A stretch of DNA of 64,000 nucleotides, from positions 930,001 through 994,000 of the forward strand of contig NC_081334.1 in the NCBI RefSeq assembly GCF_022539665.2. Direction: 5' to 3'. Source of the stretch: Daphnia carinata. Lineage: Eukaryota. This document shows positions 40,661-52,540 of this stretch, piece after piece; positions within the stretch are counted from its first letter, which is position 1; every line of letters starts with the position of its first letter. A program made the translations under genes and the position numbers. The notes under the pieces were generated by a model. The model made no database searches and was not told the origin of the DNA. It saw nothing but the letters and a program-made list of their open reading frames with translations.

Positions 40661-41869
40661 AGTGAGTCAGAGACGATCAGTTTGATGACAATGAGGAGAA
40701 AATAAGGTGAAGAACAGGACTCATTTCTTTTTCATTACCGATCTGTATAAAAAAAAGGACATAAATTAGATGAAAGAACAATAGCATACTCACAGTCATC
40801 TTCACTGACAAACTCTTGTAAAAGACGAAAAACAAATAAATTTCATCACAGAAAAGAGATACACTATGACAGTCAAACAGTTTTCCATTGGCAACCTACT
40901 TGTAACAGTAATATTTAACGAACCATAGTGTTATTGAGTTTTTTCATACCATAAACATTCCAAAGTCTACTACAGATAAGCTGTATGGGGAATTAAAAGG
41001 AGAAAAGTATCAGTACTTCCAATTAGTTCTTTCAACATAAATGTGCAACTACCAGATATCTGAAATCGCAAGAGAACACCCAGTAAGCTTGGGTTTGCAA
41101 ACCATCCACTACATCCTTTCAAATCAATTGACAATCTGTTGTGAGGGACTCATTTGAAAGGAATGCCCCCATGGTAAAGTTTGCAAGCATTTAAATTTGC
41201 CTTATATGTTCTGGAAAAGACTTAAGAGCATAAATGGCATATTGTGAGTTAAATACCTTTCCCACGAGTAAATACCGTAATAAAAAACAAAAGTATGGAT
41301 AGCCTAGCTGAGCAGCTGGCATAGCTGATCACCATTTGGAATTGTCACATATGAAAAACAACAAATTTTAGAGTGTTTCATTCCAATACATACCCACAAA
41401 TGAAAGTACAAAACCCTATATAACTTACCGTTAATTTTTAGATGAATATTCCTTCGAAACACACCATAGTTAAGAAAATTAACACACATCAACTTTACTA
41501 GTTACGACAATCAGCCATGATAGGGAAAAAACAGCGCCATCTAGTTTTACTATTTGATACCCAATGAAAATCTTAACTTCAAAACGAAGTGCGAAAATTA
41601 GCGCTTAACGTGATCGTACCTTGATCGTTAGTATTTCAGACAATTACTTCTATTTTTATAGAGCCATAACCAAAAAATGTAGCGGGTAGTTTGTATGCAG
41701 GACAGACGTTAAACATGCCATCCATTCTTCCGCATACATGTCGTAAGATTAACCAGTATCGTAGATAGCAGAATAACAAGAAAAAAGAATCACCCAATCA
41801 CATCAGTTGATATAACATTACTAAAAACGGTGGGAAGAATACAGTTCATTTCTTACTTTTTGCAAAATC

Positions 41870-42260
41870 GCGTAAAATTTTTCCGGAAGTCACCGGAAGT
41901 AGCCAATATCTCCGAAAATATCAATCGTGTGACGAAATGAATACAATATTCGTAATCCTTATCAAATTTGGAATACAACTGATGTGTTTTCAGTCATAAG
42001 CCGGATTTGGCCAAAATCGCGATTTTTCCTGAACTATAGTTCATGAAAATTTGCGATTTTCGACGATTTTCGGGTATTTTGTACTGACCCATGGACTCGA
42101 CCCCAAATTTCATGAGGATCACGAAAATGTGAATCGTTTTATGTACAGACCTAGACCTAAGCAACCATAAGCTATTTTAAAACCGAAAGTGAAACCGGAA
42201 GTCACAATTTCGGAAATCTAAAAAATGAGCTATGTTCTCCTTGACATTGTTAACAAGAGT
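41870..42260. mobile_element. Possible remnant of a non-autonomous DNA element
   Basis: Three CCGGAAGT motifs plus GACTCGACCCCAAATTTCATG, a style typical of invertebrate interspersed repeats; no termini identified. Confidence 0.3.
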
Positions 42261-43776
42261 TTTATAGTTGCAGATGTCATCTACTGTAAATAAAAATTGC
42301 AGGGTTTCTATAAGTACGATTTCAGTTACGACGAATGTACCGCTGAATAGTTCTACGTTTCCAGCGAATACCTCAAATCTTAATAACACCTTAATTTACC
42401 TGAATGAAAATTTCGTGCCTAACGCGATTAAATTCGGTAGTCTACGCAGTAGTACATGCAAAGCTGCAGCCAAAATGTGACGAGATTATTCAAAAAAATT
42501 GGTTTCACTAGCATCTGGTGGACCGTCGGTGAGCTGTAGCAGTTTTGCCTAATAGTAGTTAAGTCGCGTCTGTGTGAATGAAAATTTATAACATAAAATT
42601 AGTGTTTAGTTACAAAATTACAACTTATTAAACTATATTATTACTAAAATAACAAACAGAGGCGGTGAGAAACCGTGGAGAGGTTAATGATGAAACCTCG
42701 AAATCTACCGTAAAACTACCAAACGTAGTATCTTACCAAACTTCTTGCTTATAGTTGATTCATTGCTAGTATTTATTTTGCTACTTTGCCAATACAGTAT
42801 TGTCCTTAGTTTGGAGTTTGTTACTGGTCCTGTTTTGTGCAACATTTTTCAGTGTTGATCTCCTATAAAGTAATACCTCCTGTTGCAAACTCACACTAAG
42901 AAACACTGAAGGCTTTATGCTCAATCTGCATGTCCTTATATCAATTTGAAACATTATTTTAATTGTGTGCCCCCCACAGGTAAAAGGTAACTAAGTTTTG
43001 AGTTTATTTTACCCTAGTTTCAGCATTTCCACACCATTTTCATCATATGTTTATCACATAGGAAAAAGATTTTGATCGAACAATAGAAGAGAATGTTATT
43101 TAACAACGATGAATGCCCTGGATGGTATAGGATTTGGTTGAATATATTTAAAACCCAACAAAGTTCTTGTCAGCCAGATACTTCTGTGAAAATATGCAAT
43201 TTATATGGCAGAACTCCATTGCTTTGTGTTATGCAAGTTAGTTTTGCACTTTGGTTGTTCGACTTCCTTGATTGTACCATTTGTTCTACTTGTAACAATG
43301 ACTTGCCCCAAAAGGACAAAATATTGCACCTGATTTCCCAAAAAGATGCATCATTGGCAGGAATTAGAGATTTAAAAAGTTTGCTGGACAGAAATAGAAT
43401 TTTATCACAGATTTGCTGGAGACTGCTTTGCCTTTCTTAAAGCTTCTTGGATATGGGTTTTACGAGGCCATGCAACATAATCTAGTTGGCACTAGGAAAA
43501 AGTAGCGATGAATCGTTTAATTCCTTATACGCTATAATCTATCGTCTTACCTTTCATCTTCCATCTGCAACATGCTTACATCTCGGCGACCATAGAAAAA
43601 AAAACTCCTCAGTCCCAAGCGCGTAATAAAGACATAAGCGGTCCCTTGTTTTTGAGAATGACCTAACAATCCGAGTCCGTTACTAAACAAAGTGCCATGG
43701 CCTCAAAAAATTAACATGACTTTTCGCAATGACACAAGTTGGTCATGGTCTTGGATTACACAGCATGCAGCTTAAC

Positions 43777-43940
43777 GACATCTAACGGCCAGAAACCAAC
43801 CAATGCCATCTAGCGATATCAACGTGCCATCTAACGCCAAGGCACGACCCCTTATAGCCATCTAGCGACTAGAAAAGACACCCTTCAACGATACCATCTA
43901 GCAGTCAGAAACGGAACCCGATAAAATGCCATCTAACGGC
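43777..43940. promoter_or_regulatory. Array of six co-oriented CTCF-like motifs (candidate insulator)
   Basis: Degenerate copies of GCCATCTA(A/G)CG starting at 43777, 43805, 43826, 43857, 43893 and 43928, resembling the CTCF core GCGCCATCTAGTGG. Confidence 0.55.
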
Positions 43941-44782
43941 GGGGAATCTATTTAAGTGACACCGAGCATTTGTAACCGATGTTTTATTAGCATCTAATGT
44001 GATGCCATTGATAAACAATGCTAATCAATAATAAAAGAAAACAATATTACTTTGAGCCCTTAACATCACAACTTTTTGGCTGTTGAAAACTTCGTGAAAA
44101 CCATGGCCTCCTAAAACCCCTATGAACGGACAACGAAAAAAAAAATGTGTTACTTAAGTTGTTAAGCAGTGTGATAACTGATAAGTCAAACGGATGTGCC
44201 GAAGCTTACTGTCTTCTAGCAAGGAAACGATAACTACCATGACTCTGTGAATTGACAGTTCGGTCACGTATTCAAGTGATGACCAGAAATTAAAGTCCTT
44301 CGAAATGAAATTAACGAGACGATATTTTCCGAAAAATTATAAAATGAATACATGAAAACCATAGTTCGTGAAATTGTTCATCACGTATGGATACCGATTA
44401 TGTCAAATAGGTCCAAGGCGTCAGCATCCTCATCCTCATTGTTTGTTTTTTTCCTGAAATTTGTTACGCAAAAACAAGCTCACTGTTTAGTGGTAAACAC
44501 TAGAGGTTAGCTGAGAGCAGAACATAAGGTTCTCTAAAAGTCCGCAACGAACGCCACGAGTAATGCTACCGAGATCTGCATTGTATTATAGCAATCCGTT
44601 TTGCTCACCGAATATGTCTGCTGCAGCGCGCTAGCAATGCGTCAAATATTCCGAGTATTACAAAAACGATTAGCTTAATTTTAAAAACAGCAATTTTCCC
44701 GGAATCAACATTCAATTTTGAGTATACCCTGTGATATTCAACCAACTCCGATGAGTGTCAATTTTTTCAGAAATTTTTTTTT

Positions 44783-44864
44783 AGCCCGACCGAGAAAAGT
44801 CGGGCTTATTTAGTTGGGCTTACTTATTCGGGCTTACTTATTCGGGCTTACTTATTCGGGCTTA
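44783..44864. repeat. Hairpin followed by a 14-bp tandem repeat (CGGGCTTACTTATT, about 4.5 copies)
   Basis: AGCCCGAC-8nt-GTCGGGCT stem whose 3' arm begins the array. Confidence 0.85.
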
Positions 44865-47293
44865 AAATTTTATTTGTCTCGAACAAATTTGGATGTTACA
44901 ACGTCTAACCATAAAGCAAACTCTGAATTCTCTTGTACAGAGTTCCTAAAGGCATCCGTCGTTGATAAACATCGAAGGACGCGTTAATTCAATTTTCATC
45001 TGTGTTCTAGGAAAAACCTCACTAGTGTACGAGTTCCTAACAACCAGAACAGTACAGTTCCTACCAATAGTTAGAAGACAAATTGTTACCTGGTTGTTTC
45101 TTTCCATTCCTCGCGTAGTGAAATTGGCCGGATATTGACGCCTTTTCCTTCCCTCCTACGTAGCATCGAGGTGTTATCCAAGGAGTCACCCATAACAGCC
45201 GAACTGTATTTTGACTGCATGTTCTATGGAAAATCTTTTCCATTAATACGAAGACATCGGTTCACCTTTATCTTCTGCCTATTTTCAATGAAATTACCAC
45301 AATGTCACGTTCCTCCTTTTTCAGATGACGCCGTTAGAACACAAAGTATCCTACTCGTGGGTTTAACTCGGTTGCTCTGTCCACAAGTCCCCCACGCTTT
45401 CATCTCCATCCATTTCCGGCCACTGAATAAGAGGGCGCTATATTCTGCCGAGTTCAAAAAGCAAATCGTCTAAGACTATGAATGAATGCAAGCTGAAATC
45501 TTAATTTAAAAATAGAAATAATGAATCGTAAACTAATTCAATCATTTACACAAAATAGACTACAAGTACCAAACAAACCTGTCTTACTCCAAATGGCATC
45601 CGAAGTTTGTTGCGATATAGGCCAACCGGTCAATCGAAAATGAGACCGGAAGAAAAGAGCAGAATGTAGTATCAGAAAGTAGTATCGTGGGTTCGTTCCA
45701 ATGGTTTCACACAGACAATTAACACATTTCTTTCATTTCGCTCGTCGCTCCCGGATGCTTAGTCCATAATTATGGAGTTTTCTTTGCTTGGGCTGTTATC
45801 GATTTTTCCCGTGCGGATTAGATGTAAACAGTTGTTTCATGCACCAGATAAATGATGGCTTGACTGATTCAACATACTTCATTCTCATGTACCCAATCTG
45901 AATCCATTTTTATGACTGGTAATAAAGTGAAACTTAGGAATTACATGGATTTTCTGCCTTCTAGAAAGACCAATATAACAACAATGTAAAGCACCATGTG
46001 TGTCACAATGTAGTCATAGAGTGTAAATTATAGTTCTAAATTCTTCCATTCTACCACTCAAGAAACCTGTACGCTGGTCCAGCGTTCTGACAGTTTCATG
46101 GGCAATTTTCTGGGAGGTACCCAAAACACCCTCTGTTCAGGAGGTATGGATGGTTTCACTGCTACTTAACACAAAGCCCTTGTTACAACTTCACTGATAA
46201 TTTATGCCAGCATGAAATTAAGCTATTAGAAAATTCACTAACCAAAACCAAGTGCTAAGCAACTCCTACCATCACAAGTCTGTTTGTATTCCATTCAGGC
46301 TTCCTTTTCTTGTCCATGTCTGCCAGATTCTAAATTAGAATCAATAGTAAGGTACACACAGTTATGTTCTCATTGTAGACTTCTGTATCTTGGCAATAGG
46401 GCTGTCTGCAGCAAAACTTATCAGCTGGTCGTACAATTCCTGGTTGGTATTATAAAATATTTAATTTCTATTGTGGTGAGACTGAATTAGTGAGATTAAT
46501 TAATAAATGTATACGGAAGTCGGTGAACATGATTAACATTGAACCTGCGCAAATCAATGTTGTTCGACCACGTCCAATAGCAATTCAACAGCCATCTGGC
46601 GGTGTAGACGAAGGTATAATAAGCAGTAATAGGTTCTATCTATTCCAGGAATGATGTCGTGACTATGTAATTGTCTATGGTCGTGACATCTTGTGTCAAA
46701 AATCTGTCGTGGCAACAAATTCAAATATAACGATTTCAATAAATAAAAATAATTTTTTAATGACAGTAAAACTGTTCATAAATTCCCTATTGAAATCCGA
46801 AAAAAAATTATAAACGCGTATAATGAACGGTTCAATTTTGAAATTCGTTTGGCGCACATTGCACATGCCTCTATCATCGATTTCAGAAGCTATTAAGCTT
46901 AAGTCAACATTTTTCTGTATTCAGGTGACTGATTCATCTCGTTCCACTCTGAAAATAAATAAGTATAACAATAATACATAAACATTAGTTTCGTTATAAT
47001 CTTTTACATTGACAAGCACATCTGCCTTACAGTCGACAAGCAAATGCTATACATTATACGTAGCGGGTTTCTTAGCTATGAAACGTCGGTTACGTTATCG
47101 GTACATGTCGCACAAAATGTACGATCATACGTGGACCTCTATATTGTGCAGCATAGAGCTATGTGGCTACATGAGGAATTTGCTGACGGGGGTCAAATCG
47201 TTTTCCGATTTACGCAACATTTCAAACAACGGAAATATCTTAAATTAAGGATTTGTTCACGAAAGGAAAGGAAAATTATGCTTGAAACTGATT

Positions 47294-50200
47294 TCAAACT
47301 CGGCCTTCAGCCTCGTTACTCTCATGGATTTGAATCATTTTCAATGGTGAATCGGTGTGGTCCCTTTCATCGCGGTGGTTACTAGATGAGCGAAGATTTC
47401 CATGTTCGGCGTGATTGGTGGCATTTGCCGTGTGATGACACGATGACTCGCAGAATCCACTCTTGTTTCCATAACGGCCGTTGAAAGTCTGGCCAATCTG
47501 TCGGAAAAAAGACGACTTTCGAGGCTTGCGTTCCGTAGTGGAGGACGAAGATTGTTGAATGAGGTTATTCTCGTATTCGCTGAGCATCAGGTAGTTTTCA
47601 ACCTGAAAATAAAGAGCTCGCCAATGATTCTCCTAAATGATTGTTCTTGAAATGTTTATGATACCTTGTCGCAAGAAGTAATGCAATCGGCAGCAAAATC
47701 TAGTTCTTCAAGCAAATGATCTGGAATGTCCATCTGTTTACGCACGTTGTTAGATTTAAATTTTCTTTCTATCATTCAGCAGCCAAATAAAACCAATTGT
47801 GCAAGTAAACTTACATCGGCAATGCCTTCTTCGGAGATGCAGGTTAATTCGGCTGCACCTGCTCCGTAAGGTAACTCTCCTAATTGAGCCAGTACCAGAG
47901 ACGTCTGTTGCAAAAGAGTTAATGGTGGAAGATGGATTTCTTCATCGGCCAACGAATCTCTTCGAATGCGACTCTAATATTGGGAAAGAAACCAAAATCT
48001 CTTGTTAGGTGAAACCAAACCAATCATGAAATGAAACAGCTCACAAACCTTGCAAGACGGTGGACAGGGTTCGTCATCCTCGTCCTCTTCTGGCTGGACT
48101 TCAATCCCATCGATGTCTACGCGACAAATGTCGCCAACTATTCCGCTAGCTCCACCTCCCGTGCCGTCGGTGTTCGGTTCGCTGGCCACTTTAGGCGTGC
48201 GCGGTCGATTTCCTCCGACTGGCGTTCGGACTTTCTTTCTGTGCTGGTGCTTGTGGGAATGCGACTTCGACAGAACATACTTCCGCAAGTCTATCACGAA
48301 CAACGCCAGACTGCCACTCAACACAAATGCACTGCTGGCATAATAGGCTGCCTCTTGACCATACTCTGTACTTAAGAAACCTATAAATGCATGCGGAAAT
48401 GTTAGGAACACATTAGTTGGTACCGCCCCTCATTAATGCGCAGATCTAAATAATTGAGATATCAGCCTGGAAGACTGGAATTTAAAGAACATGTGACTAA
48501 CTCAAAATGAAACCTTTTTGCATGCAGAAAGTATAGCTATAAAGGTATGGCAATCAAGATGTATACCCGCTAAAGGAATGCCGCAGACTAGAGGTAGTGC
48601 TTGCGAAGCCTGGACGAAACTCCATGCGCGGGCAAAGTTTCGGGCTCTAACGCGCTGATAGACGAACATTTTAAGAGCGTAATGGTATGCACCCAATCCG
48701 AAGCCTGTTTGTACACATTTGAAATAAAAAACACCGGTTAAGGTAATATATTAAATGTGCAATTTAGCGTGCATTTAGGGCATACAACGTGGTACATCTC
48801 ATAAAATGTTTTGTGGTTACCGTAGACCCAGCAAAAGAGACCGTGATGGCCACCCGTTGTTGGTTGTTGGGCAGTTGAGGGCCGGGAATACCATGGTGTG
48901 GAGACCACAGCCTGTGAAAGTAGAGCCAAGGCTGCCAAAAATCCTGCTGCCTAGATGAAATCGCGCGTGTCACAAACCAGACTTTTATGTTAAACTTTAA
49001 GTTATTACTTGGCAGAGATATTGACGACCAATTTTACATTCGGCCGGTTCTCGGACGATGAGTAGTCCAACAGCTATGCAACCCAATGTCCAGGCAAGCC
49101 CCATATACACCTGCAGCAACATGGAAGAGTCCCGACCCTGGGTCTTCTCCGTTTCGTAGCCCTATTTTTGAATTGGAACGAACGTTCAACATCAGTTTCT
49201 TGTTGACACGTCAAGAATAGAAAGAATTCAAAATAAACTAACCAAGTAGATAAGTGGCGTGTATATGCCGGCTGCTATAGAAGCTGTCGAAACCATGATT
49301 GTTTGAATGGTGCGTGACTTGAGCGAAGTGAAATCAAAGAAGGGTGGTTTTTCTTCGTGCTTGTTCTTTTCTTTGATCTGTCGAAGATGAAACGATTTCC
49401 ATTAGTGGTCTGTGATTACAGTAGCAGCTATTTAGCCAGCGTGTACCTTCTTTCGTTGGTTTTTCAAATGGAGAATAGCTCTCCTCTGGGGATGGTAAAG
49501 AGATGCCGATCTGTAGCAGGAGCCAAGAATAAAAGTCAACAGTACGAGGCCGGTAACAGCTTGAAGGCCCAAGCGCCAGCCGATGGCACTAAATTAGTAA
49601 ATAAATTTCGATGATCGGTTAATGCAGAGAAAATGTAAATGTACATCTCGTAATAAATGGCATAATAATATACGTAGTAGATGCGTAGATGGTAAAGCGC
49701 AAAGCCGTACCCCAGCGTTGTGTGAAGAAAGACAGTCATAAGGGCCAAACCGATTCCGGAAGACCCGACTAGGGCAATTTCGACCGCTTCCCGTCGGCGT
49801 TTGAAATACTGGCCCACCATTAAAGTGGCTGTGTCACGGGTTAAACCCACTCCAATTCCTGTGGTTCATCAAAACAAAACATACATCGGCTTTTTCATTG
49901 AACTCTTCTAAACGAACTGCGTTGCGCAAACAGTTCCAATTGAGCCATCATTTAAAGGCGAGCTGCTGTTATCTCAACTTTAGCAATTACCTAGGACTAG
50001 TCCATAGCTGAGAAACAGCTGATGAAACTGAGAAGCGAACGAAGTGAATAGGAGCCCCAGTGCAGCTAAAAGTCCACCGAAGACGGCCGTCAGTCTCGTC
50101 GACTTGCGCCGGCACCAGGCGACGATCACCGGCGAGAGCAACGACGCCACGCATAACGAGAGGGCAGCCAGCGCACCTGAAAAGCCAATCAATTAACAAA

Positions 50201-52508
50201 GATTTCAAAAATGTCATTGCACATGACAGAAAAACGGCATTATGCAATGCACAGACTTAAGAAAAATAAAAAAAGATCGGTTTGCGATTTACGATGCAAG
50301 ACGACGAACTTGGCAATACATTTTTATCGATTCATTGGCAGAAAACGGTGCACATTAGTTTCAGAAAATCAATAAAAATCAACTTGAATCATTTTGGCAA
50401 ATAAATCTATTCGTTTAAACAGCCTTTTTTTTCATCTGAATGATACGAGTCCTTAAACACTAGATGAGGCGATGAGAGATGAAAAGAGCAAAGCAACTGG
50501 ATCGATTAGATTGACCAGTGTGGGGTTACTAAGCTGATCAATTCCCATCGCAGGGAACGAGAGAAAACTCTCAATCAACAAGGAAAAACTTTCTTGTCTG
50601 ATGGATGAAGCTAACCGAGATGAAACGCAACTATTTTGTTTGTACGGGAGGAAAAGTTGTGTTGATAATCTGTTGGATTCTCAATACCGTAATCGCTTTC
50701 AACTCGAATTTCTGTCTTTTAGAATCAATCGGTCAAGCGTGTGCCATCCAGAGCAAAAGGAGGAGTCCTGTTTTTTTCTTTTTTTCAAGTGATTTCTCAA
50801 TTATTCTTTTTGGTATACGAAGAAAGAGAAATGGAGACGACGTTTTCATCATTCTTCACAGTTCAGTCCGTGGCAATTGACTTGAACAAATGAACTGTGT
50901 CGCTCCAAAGGCAAGACTCCACATAGATAATGGTTTTCGCTAACGGGATATGTCAGTCTATTGAGTTCAGTCTAGAGGAAACGAGATATTTCCGTTAGCT
51001 GGGTATAACAAGACTGCCAGTCAATGCTTGCCACTTACAGGCTATACATAGCTACTTACTGCGCCCCTATTCCCCCCCCCCCCCCCTTTTTTTTTTTCCT
51101 AATACGTAAACAAAAAATGTATTTACTATAATGTCTTATTAGAATTTCCGTTTCAGTTATTCCATTACGGAAGTTAGCATTGCGTTTTATCGAATCAACT
51201 GATTTCTATTTAACAGAACACAATTATTCAACGTATTATTTCTTGAATTTTTTTGAATTCATCGAGCTATTTAACTATGTTATAGTTGATGAATACGGAT
51301 CGTAATGGTATGTCACCTGCATGTCAATTACCTAACGAAAAAACCCAAAGGCCACAGCTGACCGAAATTGAGACTAGTGTGTCACTAATGTACGTAGTAT
51401 ATGTTGTCACGTCGACAGCCATTAGGCTGTCCTAAATGCTATTCTCGTAATCTGAATTTCAAGAAAAATGTTTGTTTTGCAAAAGGCTGAGATGATACTG
51501 TATACATCACCCAGTATACGTGAACAAATACAGCGAATTGCAAGGCAGCTGCATTCTCGCGTGCAATGGATAAAAACGTATAACGGATGGGAGCAATCAC
51601 ACGGCCGGATAGCTGTGCTAACACGAGAGATCCCTTTCGGTTGGGACCAAATCGATTTCTATAGCCAACTCGGCGTACATCTGAACGGCCTTTCTCTGTC
51701 TGTCTCGTATACATCCACACAAACATTAGTCCTCCCCCTCCTTGCAGAAAAATGTTTCTTCTGAATGTGTAGGAAGCTTTGATATCGACGTGCCAATTGT
51801 TTCGAGTCTTTCCTTGGGTATTCCTTTTCCTTTTCGGCCGTAAATAACGCATGCACTTGAACATTGTAAATGTACTAGTCTCTGTCGCAAAGAGAGCGCA
51901 CAAGCGCTCACTTGATTTAAATGCAACGGAAACGGATGCAATGATCGGGAGGAAAGATATAAACATTCGGACATCCGATTTAAAGGAAAATCCACTTTTT
52001 TTTTCTCATCTTCCTTGATCGGCCATTTTTTTCTGTTTTTTTCTACATTCTCGTTGAACTCACATCGTTTCCGCTTCCTCTTCGTTATTTTTGCGAATAG
52101 CTTCTGAAAAACAAATGGATAGGGGCAATCATACGGTGCTGTACGCCTACTGCTCTCGTTACGTTAATCGACGTAGAATCAGGTTTAAGCCATATGTAGT
52201 GTTCTATAAATACGTATATTTCAATGCCATAAGGACCTACATCACTGGAAATGTAATGAAACAAACTTTCAAAGGATAATCTTCTGATTCTCACGATAGC
52301 TGATCTTCGTAATCGAACAGATGTTTCTTAAACTACTCAATTTTGAGAAGGTATAATTGTCTGGCCGGAAACTCAAACCTGCCGTATTGTATTTCAGCTG
52401 CTTTGTACAATGGAGAGCAGGAAATGTCGGGTGAGAGACAGCAGCAAAGTGCAAACGGTACGTGTTTCCAACGAATGAACGGTTGTTTCATTTTTTTTCT
52501 TTTTCTCC

Positions 52509-52540
<32 letters not shown>

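Larger units (their letters stand above)
39790..41500 (-). ncRNA. Putative spliced long non-coding RNA containing a minisatellite and a structured 3' domain (boundaries approximate)
   Basis: Minus-strand donors GTAAGT (41428) and GTGAGT (40793), acceptors TACAG (about 40981 and 40744), no recognisable ORF, ATTAAA near 39800 followed by a GT-rich tract. Confidence 0.33.

Noticed and set aside
43093..43440. 115-aa ORF preceded by splice-like signals
   Set aside because: No recognisable domain or consistent gene model; it could be a gene fragment but is unsupported.
43777..43940. CRISPR-like repeat-spacer appearance
   Set aside because: Eukaryotic context, only a ~10-bp degenerate core, irregular spacing and no cas genes.
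37244..44602. 17-bp near-identical direct repeat TTAT(G/A)GCAATCCGTTTT at about 37244 and 44586
   Set aside because: No flanking homology; compatible with chance in AT-rich DNA, so not called an LTR pair.
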